From assembly GCA_025774935.1 (NCBI GenBank), contig JALGZK010000001.1:148266-212265 (forward strand): a stretch of DNA of 64,000 nt, given 5' to 3'. The notes below the pieces were generated by a model. The model did no database searches, had not been told where the DNA came from, and saw nothing but the letters and a program-made list of their open reading frames with translations. A program made the position numbers and the translations under genes. This document shows, piece by piece, positions 10,127-20,078 of the stretch (position 1 is the first letter of the stretch; every line of letters begins with the position of its first letter). The stretch is from a bacterium (lineage in GTDB: Bacteria > Joyebacterota > Joyebacteria > Joyebacterales > Joyebacteraceae).

Positions 10127-11028
10127 TGACGAGACCACGCAGTTCACAAGGGACAGCACTGGCCGCCGTTCTCCTGGCCGCCGTCGCGCTCGCGGGTGCG
10201 GGATGCGGAAGGGCGGAGTTCGACGAGGAGGTTGCGTTCGCGTATCTTATTCGCCAGTGCGAGTTCGGGCCGCGGGCCCCCGGCAGCCCTGGCCACGCGG
10301 CAACGCTGGAATGGCTCACCGGGACGCTCTCGCAGTCGGCTGACCAGGTGGCCGTGCAGCGGTTCAGGAGCGAGTCGCCGGCCGGGGGCGTCGATCTCAC
10401 GAACGTGATCGCATCGTTCCGTCTCGAGGAACGCGAGCGCGTGCTTCTCGCGGCGCACTGGGACACACGGATGGTGGCCGACCGCGACCCGGACCCCGAG
10501 CGGCGGTCCGAGCCGATTCTCGGGGCCAACGATGGCGCCTCCGGCGTCGCGGTTCTCGTGACGCTCGCGGAGCTCATGGCGGAGCGCGCACCGTCCGTCG
10601 GCGTCGACCTTCTGTTCTTCGACGGCGAGGACGGCGGAGGCGGGGGAGGCCTGGGCGACTGGTGCCTCGGGTCGTCGTACTACGCGGCGCACGTCGGAGG
10701 GTACGCCCCGCGGTACGCGGTCGTGATCGACATGGTCGGCGACAGCGACCTGGGCATCCCCAAGGAACCGAACTCGCTCGCGGCGCACCCGGAGGTCGTC
10801 CGCGAAGTCTGGGACGCAGCGGAGCGCGTCGGCTCGACGAGCTTCCTCGACCACGTGGGCCCCGCGATGTACGACGATCACGTCCCCCTCATCCGGTCGG
10901 GCATCCCCGCGGTGCTCGTGATCGATCCCCACTACGAGAGCTGGCACACGACCGAAGACACCCCCGACAAGTGCAGTCCGGCGAGCCTGGGTGAGGTCGG
11001 CCGGGTCCTGGTCGAGCTCATCTACTAG
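10126..11028 (+). CDS. M28-family metalloenzyme lipoprotein, glutaminyl cyclase-like
   Basis: ATG overlaps sprA stop (TAATG); lipobox AGAGC; motifs FGPRAPGS, LAAHWDTR, GANDGASGVAVL, FFDGEDGG, DMVGD, DDHVP, WHT. Confidence 0.8.
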   Translation: MTRPRSSQGTALAAVLLAAVALAGAGCGRAEFDEEVAFAYLIRQCEFGPRAPGSPGHAATLEWLTGTLSQSADQVAVQRFRSESPAGGVDLTNVIASFRLEERERVLLAAHWDTRMVADRDPDPERRSEPILGANDGASGVAVLVTLAELMAERAPSVGVDLLFFDGEDGGGGGGLGDWCLGSSYYAAHVGGYAPRYAVVIDMVGDSDLGIPKEPNSLAAHPEVVREVWDAAERVGSTSFLDHVGPAMYDDHVPLIRSGIPAVLVIDPHYESWHTTEDTPDKCSPASLGEVGRVLVELIY

Positions 11029-11149
11029 GCGGGCCTGCTGCTCGGGGCCTCGTCCGGGCGCCCGCGGGCGCCCCGGACCGGTCCTCCCCGCACCCGACTC
11101 GAGTTCGGCCTCCCAGGGCCCGCTGCGAGCCCTTCGCCCAAGTTTTCGC

Positions 11150-11178
11150 TTGCGCCCCCCGGGGGCCCGTGCTACCTT
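11150..11178 (+). promoter_or_regulatory. sigma70-type promoter for the rimP-nusA-infB operon
   Basis: TTGCGC-17 nt-TACCTT with extended TG. Confidence 0.55.
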
Positions 11179-11185
11179 TTGTCGC

Positions 11186-11214
11186 GGGAAGTGGGCTGGG
11201 TGCCCACTTTCTCC
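11186..11214 (+). promoter_or_regulatory. rimP leader hairpin (putative attenuator)
   Basis: AAGTGGGC-TGGGT-GCCCACTT then TCT; GTGGG...CCCAC hairpins are widely conserved upstream of rimP. Confidence 0.6.
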
Positions 11215-11240
11215 GTATACGGCCCGGAAAGGGTGCGAGC

Positions 11241-11690
11241 GTGGAACGGATCGACGAGCGTCTGTATGACCTCACGGCGGAGCTCGTGGCCGGGATGGGC
11301 TTCACGCTCGTCACGGTCGACGACGTCGTCGAGCACGGGCGGAGGACCTTTCGATTCACCATCGACCACGAGAGAGGCATCACGGTCGAGGACTGCGCGG
11401 GCGTCAGCCGCGAGATCGCGTACCTTCTGGACGACGAGCTTGCCCTCGAGGCGCGCTACGTTCTGGAGGTCAGCTCGCCGGGACTCGACCACGCACTCCG
11501 GAAGGAACGGGAGTACGCGCACTTCACCGGCCGGGAGGCCCGACTGGTCGTGAGGGAGCCGGTTGACGGAGAGAACGTCCTGACGGGGACGATCCTCGGA
11601 GCGGAGAAGGGCTCAGTCCGTCTGGACGTGGACGGCACGGAGATCGTCGTGCCACTTGAGAACGTCTCTCGCGCCCGACTGGTCATGTAG
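11241..11690 (+). CDS. rimP: Ribosome maturation factor RimP
   Basis: GITVEDCAGVSR, YVLEVSSPGLD; upstream of nusA; GTG start at 11241. Confidence 0.93.
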   Translation: MERIDERLYDLTAELVAGMGFTLVTVDDVVEHGRRTFRFTIDHERGITVEDCAGVSREIAYLLDDELALEARYVLEVSSPGLDHALRKEREYAHFTGREARLVVREPVDGENVLTGTILGAEKGSVRLDVDGTEIVVPLENVSRARLVM

Positions 11691-11751
11691 CGAAGCCCGG
11701 CGGCGGGCGAGCCCGCCCGGCCGGTCAACTCGAGTTGAGGAGACACGCAAG

Positions 11752-13434
11752 ATGAACACCGGAATCCTGGAGGCGCTCCGGAGGATCGCGCGGGAGAAGC
11801 AGCTCGACGGCGCGCTCCTCGTCGAGGCGCTCGAGGCCGGGCTGATGTCAGCGGCCCGGAAGAAGTACGGACCCGCGGCCGACATCGAGGTGCTCGTCGA
11901 CGACGAGACCGACACGCTCGGGGTGTACCTGAACAAGACCGTCGTGGACGATCCCGAGGACCCGATCACGGAGATCGAGTTCGAGGAGGCGAGGGAGCTC
12001 GACGGCACGGCGGAGGACGGCGACGTTGTGAGGGTGGAGGTGCCGCTCGACGAGTTCGGGAGAAACGCGATCCAGGCGGCGAAGCAGATCGTTGTCCAGA
12101 GGGTCCGTGAGGCCGAGCGGGAGCAGATCTACGGTGAGTTCCAGGACCGGATCGGTGAGATCGTCACGGGGGACGTGCAGCAGATCGAGCGCGGCGGAAT
12201 CGTCGTCAACCTCGGGCGCACCGAGGCGCTCCTTCCGACACGGGAGCAGATCAGGCGCGAGCGCTATCGCCAGGGCGACAGGGTGCGCGCGTACCTGCTT
12301 TCGGTGGAGAAGACGACGAAGGGGCCGCAGATCATCCTCTCGAGGACTCATCCGAACTTCCTGAAGAAGTTGTTCCGGATGGAGGTCCCGGAGATCTACG
12401 ACTCGGTCGTGGAGATCATGGCGATCGCGCGGGAGGCCGGCGGACGCTCGAAGGTCGCGGTCGTGTCGCACGACGAGCGGGTCGATCCCGTCGGCGCCTG
12501 CGTCGGCGTCAAGGGATCGAGGATCCAGACGATCGTGCGGGAGCTTTCCGGAGAGAAGATCGACATCGTTCCGTGGAACGTCGACCCGGCCGTCCTCGTC
12601 TCCAGGGCCCTCAACCCCGCGAAGGTATCGAGGACGCTCGTGAACGAGGCCGAACACGCCGTGAAGGTGATCGTGCCGGACGACCAGCTGTCGCTCGCCA
12701 TCGGGAAGGGCGGACAGAATGCGCGACTCGCTGCGAAGCTCACCGGTTGGAAGATCGACATCGTCGGAGAGACGGAGCACACGAGGGAGCTCGAGATCGA
12801 CCTCGCGCAGCGGGTGAACGTCAGCGAGCTGCCTGGAGTCGGCGCCAAGATGGCGGAGAACCTCGCCGACGCCGGGTACCGGCACGTTCAGGACCTGGAC
12901 GGAATCTCAACGGAGGACCTCCTGAACGTACCGGGCGTCGGAGCCAAGACTGCCGAGAAGATCTCTATTGCCGTCGCGGCAGTGCTCGAGGTGCTCGACG
13001 AGGAGAAGCAGGTGCTCCTGAAGGAGATCGAGGAGCAGGCGCGCGCCGAGGCGATGAGGGCGGCGGAGGCACGAGAGCAGGCGGCGCGGGAAGAGGAGGA
13101 GGGGCGGGAGGAAGAGGACGCCGAGGAGGGTGAGGAGGAGGTCGAGGAGGACTCCGAACAGGAGGCGCCTGAGGCCGAGGACACCGATCAGGGCGCCGCC
13201 GAGGATGCTGAGGAGACGGACGAGGAGGAGGTCGTCGAAGAAGTGGTGGACGAAGAAGAAGTCCCGGACGAAGACGCGCCGGAGGGCGACGAGGAAGAGG
13301 AGCCTGAGAGCGAAGAGGAAGACGAGCCTGAGGGCGACGAGGAAGACGAGACCGAGTCCGACGACGAAGCTACAGCCGACGGAGAAGACGAGTCCGACGC
13401 GGAGGAGGAACCCGCCGACGACGAGGATCGATAG
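11752..13434 (+). CDS. nusA: Transcription termination factor NusA with long acidic C-terminal tail
   Basis: FGRNAIQAAKQ, S1 and KH domains, LSLAIGKGGQNARLAAKLTGWKIDI, HhH repeats; SD GAGGAG before ATG 11752. Confidence 0.97.
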   Translation: MNTGILEALRRIAREKQLDGALLVEALEAGLMSAARKKYGPAADIEVLVDDETDTLGVYLNKTVVDDPEDPITEIEFEEARELDGTAEDGDVVRVEVPLDEFGRNAIQAAKQIVVQRVREAEREQIYGEFQDRIGEIVTGDVQQIERGGIVVNLGRTEALLPTREQIRRERYRQGDRVRAYLLSVEKTTKGPQIILSRTHPNFLKKLFRMEVPEIYDSVVEIMAIAREAGGRSKVAVVSHDERVDPVGACVGVKGSRIQTIVRELSGEKIDIVPWNVDPAVLVSRALNPAKVSRTLVNEAEHAVKVIVPDDQLSLAIGKGGQNARLAAKLTGWKIDIVGETEHTRELEIDLAQRVNVSELPGVGAKMAENLADAGYRHVQDLDGISTEDLLNVPGVGAKTAEKISIAVAAVLEVLDEEKQVLLKEIEEQARAEAMRAAEAREQAAREEEEGREEEDAEEGEEEVEEDSEQEAPEAEDTDQGAAEDAEETDEEEVVEEVVDEEEVPDEDAPEGDEEEEPESEEEDEPEGDEEDETESDDEATADGEDESDAEEEPADDEDR

Positions 13435-13560
13435 CGAGACTCAGCGTGAGGCTCGCAGCGCGGAGGGTCGGCGACGGCAGGGCGAGCGTCGCGACCGACG
13501 GAAGACCGACACGGTGCCGTCGGGACACGCATGCTGACAGGAGCGACACGGAGGCAACAC

Positions 13561-15969
13561 GTGGGGAAGAAGCGAGTATACCAGGTCGCGAAAGAGTTCA
13601 GGATATCGAGCGAGGCCCTTATCGGCATGCTCAAGAAGCTCGGCGCCGAGGCGACGAGCCACATGAACGCCATCGACGATGACGTGGTTGAGAAGGTGCG
13701 GGCGGAGTTCGAGAAGGAGAAGGACGCGCTCAAGAAGGAGTACGCCAAGAAGGTCAGGAAGGCGGTCCGCGAGCGCACGAAGAAGGCCGAGGAGCAGAAG
13801 GCCAAGGAGAAGAAGGCGGCGGAGAAGAAGGCCCCCGAGAAGAAGCCGAAGAAGACCGCGAAGCCCGCGGCGGCGAAGGCAGGTCGCGCGAAGGCAACGG
13901 CCGAAGCAACGGCGACGAAGCCCGCGGCGCCGACCAAGAAGCCGGCAGCGCCGGGCAGGAAGGCGGCGCCGGCGGCGAAGCCAGCTGCCGCGAAGCCTGT
14001 GGTGTCCGCAGCGAAGCCCGCGGCGCCGACCAGGGCGGAGGCAGGGCGGAAGGGGAAGAAGCGCAGGAAGCCGCGGGTCGATCAGAAGACGGTCGAGGAT
14101 ACCGTCAGGAGGACCCTCGCCGCGACCGGCGAACGACGTCCGAGGCGCAAGAGGCGCAAGGTGCGGAGCGACGGCGCCATCATCGAGGAGGAGATAAAGG
14201 TCCAGATCCCGGAGTTCGCGTCGGTTGGGGAGTTCGCGGAGGCACTAGACGTGCCGCCCAACGACGTGATCAAGAAGTGCCTGGACCTGGGCCTGATGGT
14301 GACGATCAACCAGCGGCTCGATGAGGACACGATTCTGCTCCTCGCCGATGCGTTCGACGAAGAGGTCGAGTTCCTGAAGGAGTACGGCGAGGACATCCTC
14401 GAGGAGCAGCATGACGTCGCCGTAGAGGGTGCCGAGACCGTTCCCAGGTCTCCTGTCGTCGCGGTGATGGGGCACGTCGATCACGGCAAGACCCTTCTCC
14501 TGGACTACATCAGACGGACGAACGTCGTGGCTGGCGAGTCGGGCGGGATCACGCAGCACATCGGTGCGTACGAGGTCGTGCACGACGGGAAGAAGGTCAC
14601 CTTCCTCGACACGCCGGGTCACGAAGCGTTCACGGCGATGCGCGCGCGCGGCGCGCAGATCACCGACATGGTGGTTCTCGTCGTGGCGGCGGACGACGGC
14701 GTGATGCCCCAGACCGTCGAGGCCATCGACCACGCGAGAGCGGCTGGGGTCCCAATCGTTGTTGCGATCAACAAGAGCGACCTCCCGACAGCGAACGCGG
14801 ACAAGGTGAAGACGGAGCTGTCTCAGCAGGGTCTCACGGTGAGCGAGTGGGGCGGAGACATCACGTCTGTAGAGACGTCCGCAAAGACGGGAGACGGTGT
14901 CACGAAGCTCCTGGAGGAGCTGCTCTTCCAGGCGGACCTCCTCGAGCTCGAGGCGGTGGACACCGGACCGGCCCGCGGGGTCGTGGTCGAAGTGGAGAAG
15001 CAGCGTGGCCGCGGCGTCGTCGCGACGGTGCTCGTTCAGAGCGGGACGTTCAACTCCGGCGACCCGTTCGTCGTGGGGCTCGCCGACGGCAAGGCGAGAG
15101 CGCTCTACGACGAGAGGAACCGGGAGGTCATGACGGCGGGCCCGTCGAAGCCTGTTCTGGTGTCGGGACTCGCCGGCGTTCCTCAGGCAGGTGACATCCT
15201 CGCGGTGGTGAGCGACGAGAGGCTGGCGCGTGAGATTAGCGCGAAGAGACGACAGCAGCAGTGGGAGCGTCAGACGCGGTTCCAGAACCGCGTGACCCTC
15301 GAGGATCTCCACAAGCAGATCGAGGCCGGGTCCATCAAGGAGCTCCGGATCGTGATCAACGGCGACGTCGACGGGTCGGTCGGCGCGCTGGCGGACTCGC
15401 TCGAGAAGCTGTCGACGGCCGAGGTCAAGGTCGAGGTCATCCGGAAGGCGGTCGGCGCCGTCACCGAGACGGACGTCCTCCTGGCCGCAGCGTCGAACGC
15501 GATCATCGTCGGGTTTCACATCGGCGTGTCGGTGCACGTCAAGGAGCTCGCGAGGCGGGAGCACGTCGAGATCCGGCTGTACAAGGTCATCTACGAGGCA
15601 GTCGAGGACATCCGCGCGGCGATGGAGGGGCTCCTGGAGCCCGAGCGCCGCGAGGTCGTCGTCGGAACCGCCGAAGTGCGCGAGATATTCCGCGTTCCCC
15701 GGCTTGGCATGATCGCCGGCTGCTATGTCCTGTCGGGCGCGGTCAGGCGCGGGGCCAAGGCGCGGCTGATTCGCGAGGAGATGCTCCTCCACGAGGGGAC
15801 CATCGACTCGCTCAAGCGCTTCAAGGACGACGTACGGGAGGTCCAGACAGGCTTCGAGTGCGGCATCGGGATCGAAGGAATGGACGACGTTCAGGCGGGC
15901 GACCTGATCGAGGTGTACGACATCGAGGAGGTGGCGCGGAAGCTGAGCGACACGGCAGCGGCCGCGTGA
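13561..15969 (+). CDS. infB: Translation initiation factor IF-2
   Basis: [41 protein letters not shown]; GTG start after GGAGG. Confidence 0.98.
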   Translation: MGKKRVYQVAKEFRISSEALIGMLKKLGAEATSHMNAIDDDVVEKVRAEFEKEKDALKKEYAKKVRKAVRERTKKAEEQKAKEKKAAEKKAPEKKPKKTAKPAAAKAGRAKATAEATATKPAAPTKKPAAPGRKAAPAAKPAAAKPVVSAAKPAAPTRAEAGRKGKKRRKPRVDQKTVEDTVRRTLAATGERRPRRKRRKVRSDGAIIEEEIKVQIPEFASVGEFAEALDVPPNDVIKKCLDLGLMVTINQRLDEDTILLLADAFDEEVEFLKEYGEDILEEQHDVAVEGAETVPRSPVVAVMGHVDHGKTLLLDYIRRTNVVAGESGGITQHIGAYEVVHDGKKVTFLDTPGHEAFTAMRARGAQITDMVVLVVAADDGVMPQTVEAIDHARAAGVPIVVAINKSDLPTANADKVKTELSQQGLTVSEWGGDITSVETSAKTGDGVTKLLEELLFQADLLELEAVDTGPARGVVVEVEKQRGRGVVATVLVQSGTFNSGDPFVVGLADGKARALYDERNREVMTAGPSKPVLVSGLAGVPQAGDILAVVSDERLAREISAKRRQQQWERQTRFQNRVTLEDLHKQIEAGSIKELRIVINGDVDGSVGALADSLEKLSTAEVKVEVIRKAVGAVTETDVLLAAASNAIIVGFHIGVSVHVKELARREHVEIRLYKVIYEAVEDIRAAMEGLLEPERREVVVGTAEVREIFRVPRLGMIAGCYVLSGAVRRGAKARLIREEMLLHEGTIDSLKRFKDDVREVQTGFECGIGIEGMDDVQAGDLIEVYDIEEVARKLSDTAAAA

Positions 15970-15994
15970 GTGACGCGCCGTCGGGAAGTGCGCT

Positions 15995-16276
15995 GTGATA
16001 GTCGGGACCCTCGAGGTAACTCTCAGGATCGGCGGAAGCCAGTCCCTCAAGTCGAGACGCAGAGTCGTCAAGAGCCTGAAGGACCGGATCAGGGCACGGT
16101 ACAACGTATCGGTCGCTGACGTCGGCGACCAGAACGTGTGGCAGAGCGCCGTGCTCGCGGTGGCCGTTGTGTCGAACGACGGCGGCTTCGCACGCGAGGT
16201 CCTGTCGAAGATCCTGCGGCTGGTCCTCTCCGACCCGCGGGTCGACGTGCTCGATCACAACGTTGACATCGTGTAG
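15995..16276 (+). CDS. DUF503 (YlxP-like) protein
   Basis: SLKSRRRVVKSLKDRIRARYNVSVADV; typical position between infB and rbfA. Confidence 0.88.
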   Translation: MIVGTLEVTLRIGGSQSLKSRRRVVKSLKDRIRARYNVSVADVGDQNVWQSAVLAVAVVSNDGGFAREVLSKILRLVLSDPRVDVLDHNVDIV

Positions 16277-16360
16277 CAGCACCTCCCTCCGACGCCACGC
16301 GTATCCGCACCGCCTCCACGAAGAGAGGCAGCCGCACGAGCGGCCGCCGAAGGAAGCAGA

Positions 16361-16747
16361 TTGACGCACAAGCGCATACTCAGAGTCAGAGAGGCGGTTC
16401 GGCGCGAGCTCGGCCTCATCCTCGACCGGAAGATGAACGATCCGAGGGTCGGCATGGTGACCGTAACGAGGGTCGAGCTCTCGGACGACCTCAAGTACGC
16501 GAAGGTGTTCGTGAGCCTCTTCGGGGAACCAGAGGAGAAGGAGACGGTCCTCAGGATCCTCCGGAAGGCGAGACGTTTTCTCAGGGGAGAGCTGGCGCAC
16601 ACACTAACCATGCGCACTGCCCCCGAGCTGTCGTTCGTCCTCGACGATTCCTCCGAGGACTACCTCCGCATCGACGAGGTACTCAAGAAGATCCATGCCG
16701 AAAACACAGAACGAGACGGAACGGAAGAAGATCCGGAAGGCCCTTGA
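16361..16747 (+). CDS. rbfA: Ribosome-binding factor A
   Basis: DPRVGMVTVTRVELSDDLKYAKVFVS, RTAPELSF. Confidence 0.95.
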   Translation: MTHKRILRVREAVRRELGLILDRKMNDPRVGMVTVTRVELSDDLKYAKVFVSLFGEPEEKETVLRILRKARRFLRGELAHTLTMRTAPELSFVLDDSSEDYLRIDEVLKKIHAENTERDGTEEDPEGP

Positions 16748-17669
16748 GGCCGGAGGTTCCTTCGTCCTTGCGGCGCACAGGAGACCGGACGGGGACGCGC
16801 TGGGCTCGATGCTCGCCCTCGCGAGGTGGATCGAGGGGAGGGGAGGCATCGCCGCCGTTGTCTGTCCCGGAGGCGTTCCCGAACCGTATGGATTCCTGCC
16901 GGGAGCGGAGTCGGTGGTTCGCGGGTTTCCGATCGCTCCGGCGCAAGCGGCCCTCATCGTGGTCGACACTCCGATGGTCTCGCGCACAGGCGCGCCCCCG
17001 GAGCTCGTCGCTCAGGCGTCTCCCGTGATCAACATCGACCACCACCCCGATAACGAGGAGTTCGGTGACGCGAACCTCGTCGACACGAGCGCCTCAGCCG
17101 CAGCGCTGCTGGTGTACGAGATCCTGGAGCCCCTCGGCGGGCTTGCCTCCGAGATCGCGTCCCTCTTGTACGTCGGGATCTTCACCGACACTGGCGGATT
17201 CCGGTTCGGCAACACCGACGCCAGGACCCTCGCCACGGCTGCCAGACTCGTGGAGCTTGGCGCCGACCCCGCGCTGACCGCGCGGATGGTCTACGGCGAG
17301 CAGCCGCTTGGCCGACTGAGGCTTCTCGGGCTCGTCCTGGCGTCGGCGGAGACGGTCCTGGACGGCAGGGTCGCTGTGCTCACTTTGACCGACGAGATGC
17401 GGCGCGAGACGGGATCGAGCGGAGACGAGATCGAGGGCCTCGCGGCGTACGGCCGGCACATCGAGGGCGCACAGGTCTCGGCCCTTCTGAGGGAGCTTGA
17501 CGGCGCGGTGCGGGTGAGCCTGCGGTCGGCCGGACCGGTAGACGTGAACGCAGTGGCCGCGAGCCTCGGAGGAGGTGGCCACCGCGCCGCTGCAGGAATC
17601 GTCATGGAGGGATCGCTGGAGGAAGCGCGCGGGCGCCTCATTGAAGCGATCGAGGAGTTCCTCGTCTAG
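16695..17669 (+). CDS. nrnA: DHH/DHHA1 bifunctional oligoribonuclease/pAp phosphatase
   Basis: HRRPDGDALGS, NIDHH, DTGGF, GGGGHRAAAG. Confidence 0.9.
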   Translation: MPKTQNETERKKIRKALEAGGSFVLAAHRRPDGDALGSMLALARWIEGRGGIAAVVCPGGVPEPYGFLPGAESVVRGFPIAPAQAALIVVDTPMVSRTGAPPELVAQASPVINIDHHPDNEEFGDANLVDTSASAAALLVYEILEPLGGLASEIASLLYVGIFTDTGGFRFGNTDARTLATAARLVELGADPALTARMVYGEQPLGRLRLLGLVLASAETVLDGRVAVLTLTDEMRRETGSSGDEIEGLAAYGRHIEGAQVSALLRELDGAVRVSLRSAGPVDVNAVAASLGGGGHRAAAGIVMEGSLEEARGRLIEAIEEFLV

Positions 17670-17726
17670 GAACGCCCGAGGGTGCGGGTGCAGAAGCGGA
17701 CGCGGGAGGGGAGGCAGGAACGTACC

Positions 17727-18629
17727 TTGGATCGAGTGCTCGTGGTCGACAAGCCTCCCGGTATGACTTCTCACGACGTAGTCCAGCGCGTGAGACGCTC
17801 CTCCCGCATCAAGAAGGTCGGCCACACTGGAACGCTCGATCCGGCCGCGACCGGCGTCCTCGTGCTCCTGACCGGAAAGGCCACGAGGCTCGCGCAGTTC
17901 TTCGTGAACGACGACAAGGCGTACCGGGGACACCTGGTCCTCGGCGTCACGACTGGCACGCAGGACGCGGACGGCGAAATCCTGGAGGAGAGGGACCCGG
18001 GCGGCGTGACGCTCCCACAGATCGAGAGCGCGCTCGCGCAGTTCGTGGGCGACATCGAACAGGTACCTCCGATGGTGTCCGCTCTGAAGCACGAGGGAAC
18101 TCCGCTCTACGTCCTCGCTCGCAAGGGCGTCGTCGTGGACCGCGAGCCCAGGCGAGTCGTCGTGCAGAGACTCGAGGTCATTCGTTTCGAGCCGCCGCGG
18201 GTGGAATTCGAGATCGTGTGCTCGAGCGGAACCTACGTACGCACGATCGCCTCCGACGTCGGCGAGCTCCTGGGATGCGGGGCGCACCTCGGAGGTCTCT
18301 CCCGGACGCGAGTGGGCGCGTTCGGGCTCGAGCAGGCTGCGTCCCTCGAAGCGATAGAAAGCGCTCGCCGCGATCTGTCGTCGTTCGGCCTGCCGATGCT
18401 GGAGGCACTGCCTCGTCTGCCACTTCTGACCGTCGACGAGCGGGAAGAGCAGTCGATCTCGACCGGAGGCGCGATCGACGTGGCGCCGGACCGGCTGGCG
18501 GGCTCCCTCGACGGTCTCGTGCGGATCACTGCCGACGGCGCGGAGCTGCTCGCCATCGGGCGGGAGTCGGGCGAGAGGAACGGAACCATCGTGGTCAGAC
18601 CGGTGCGCGTCTTCGCGGATCAGAGGTGA
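17727..18629 (+). CDS. truB: tRNA pseudouridine(55) synthase
   Basis: DKPPGMTSHDVV, KVGHTGTLDPAATGVL, CSSGTYVRT; TTG start inferred. Confidence 0.95.
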   Translation: MDRVLVVDKPPGMTSHDVVQRVRRSSRIKKVGHTGTLDPAATGVLVLLTGKATRLAQFFVNDDKAYRGHLVLGVTTGTQDADGEILEERDPGGVTLPQIESALAQFVGDIEQVPPMVSALKHEGTPLYVLARKGVVVDREPRRVVVQRLEVIRFEPPRVEFEIVCSSGTYVRTIASDVGELLGCGAHLGGLSRTRVGAFGLEQAASLEAIESARRDLSSFGLPMLEALPRLPLLTVDEREEQSISTGGAIDVAPDRLAGSLDGLVRITADGAELLAIGRESGERNGTIVVRPVRVFADQR

Positions 18630-18633
18630 ACGC

Positions 18634-19563
18634 GTGAAGCTTCTTCGAACTCCAGAGGGGATACCTGCGGACGATCCTGAGCTTCTCTCGGTGACCGTCG
18701 GGAACTTCGACGGCGTCCACCGCGGCCACGCCGCCGTCATCGAGGAGCTCGTGGAGAGCGCACGCTCACGCGGGGCGATGGCCGTGGCAGTCACCTTCGA
18801 ACCGCACCCGATCGCGGTCGTCGCGCCCGAGCACGCCCCCGGACTCCTCACGACGACCGATGAAAAGGCGGAGCTCATGGCTCCGTCCGGCCTCGCCGCT
18901 CTTCTCGTCGTCGAGTTCACGCCGGAGGTCATGAACGAGAACGCCCGCGAGTTCCTGTCGTGGCTCAAGGTCGGCCACGGCTCCCATCTCGTTCTCGGCT
19001 ACGACTTCCACATGGGCAAGGGGCGCTGCTGCGACATCGGCCGGCTCTCCGAGCTCGGCGCCGAGATCGGGTACGGGCTGGACGTCGTGCCTCCCGTCGA
19101 GCACGATGGCCTCCCGATCTCGAGCACGCGGATCCGTGAGAGCGTGGCCGAGGGCGACGTAGAGGACGCGCAGGTCATGCTCGGGAGACCGTACTCGCTC
19201 CGAGGGAAGGTCGTCGGCGGCCAGGGAGCCGGGAAGCTCCTCCGGAGCCCGACAGCGAATCTCGAACTTCCGGAGGAGAAGCTGCTGCCGGGGGACGGTG
19301 TCTACGTCGCCTCGGCGACGAGCCTCGATGGGAGGCCGGCGGCGCTCTACGTGGGCACGCGCCCCACGTTCGGGAGGGGCGAGAGGCGGGCCGAGGTTCA
19401 CATCCTCGACCTCGAGGCCGACCTCTATGGCGCGACTCTGGCCGTCGATCTCGTTGAACGGATCCGCGGAGACGAGACGTTCGGGAGCGCCGAGGAACTG
19501 GCTGCCCGGATCGGGGAGGACCTCGAGCGGGTCAGGGAACGGGCACAGGCGCGCGGTATGTGA
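18634..19563 (+). CDS. ribF: Bifunctional riboflavin kinase/FAD synthetase
   Basis: GNFDGVHRGH, ISSTRIR, PTANL, GTRPTF, EVHILD. Confidence 0.95.
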   Translation: MKLLRTPEGIPADDPELLSVTVGNFDGVHRGHAAVIEELVESARSRGAMAVAVTFEPHPIAVVAPEHAPGLLTTTDEKAELMAPSGLAALLVVEFTPEVMNENAREFLSWLKVGHGSHLVLGYDFHMGKGRCCDIGRLSELGAEIGYGLDVVPPVEHDGLPISSTRIRESVAEGDVEDAQVMLGRPYSLRGKVVGGQGAGKLLRSPTANLELPEEKLLPGDGVYVASATSLDGRPAALYVGTRPTFGRGERRAEVHILDLEADLYGATLAVDLVERIRGDETFGSAEELAARIGEDLERVRERAQARGM

Positions 19564-19617
19564 GGAGCGGTTCACCGGGGGCGTCCACCAGACGGGCCTG
19601 AGAAGGGCAGTTTCTTT

Positions 19618-19646
19618 TTGACAGGGTACCGGTCTTGTGCTAGGTT
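19618..19646 (+). promoter_or_regulatory. sigma70-type promoter for rpsO-pnp
   Basis: TTGACA-17 nt-TAGGTT with extended TG and upstream T-tract. Confidence 0.7.
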
Positions 19647-19697
19647 GACCAAGATTCGTAAGGGCATCGCGCAGTTGCGGGACGGAGGGATTCGAGA

Positions 19698-19967
19698 GTG
19701 TCGCTAACGAAGGAAAAGAAGAGAGAGATCGTCAAGCGGTTCGAGACGCACGCTGGCGACACCGGGTCGGCGGAGGTGCAGATCGCGCTTCTGACCGAGA
19801 GGATCCAGACTCTCTCCACGCACTTCGACATGCACAAGAAGGACAATCATTCGAGGCTCGGCCTTCTCAAGATGGTCGGCAAGCGTCGTCGCCTGCTGAA
19901 CTACCTCAAGGAGCACAAGCCGGGCAGTTACAAGCAGGTCATCAAGGAACTCGGGCTTCGCAGGTAG
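19698..19967 (+). CDS. rpsO: 30S ribosomal protein S15
   Basis: [29 protein letters not shown]; 89 aa. Confidence 0.98.
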   Translation: MSLTKEKKREIVKRFETHAGDTGSAEVQIALLTERIQTLSTHFDMHKKDNHSRLGLLKMVGKRRRLLNYLKEHKPGSYKQVIKELGLRR

Positions 19968-20016
19968 TCGGACGCGATACGCGAGACAATCCGGCTGCAC
20001 GTGCGCCCGGGAGCTG

Positions 20017-20051
20017 GCCCTCCCGCGAGCGATCGGGAGGGCTTTGTTCTT
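20017..20051 (+). terminator. Intrinsic terminator/attenuator between rpsO and pnp
   Basis: GCCCTCCCG-8 nt-CGGGAGGGC followed by TTTGTTCTT. Confidence 0.7.
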
Positions 20052-20078
20052 GGCGCACGAGCTGCCGCGGAGGATGAG

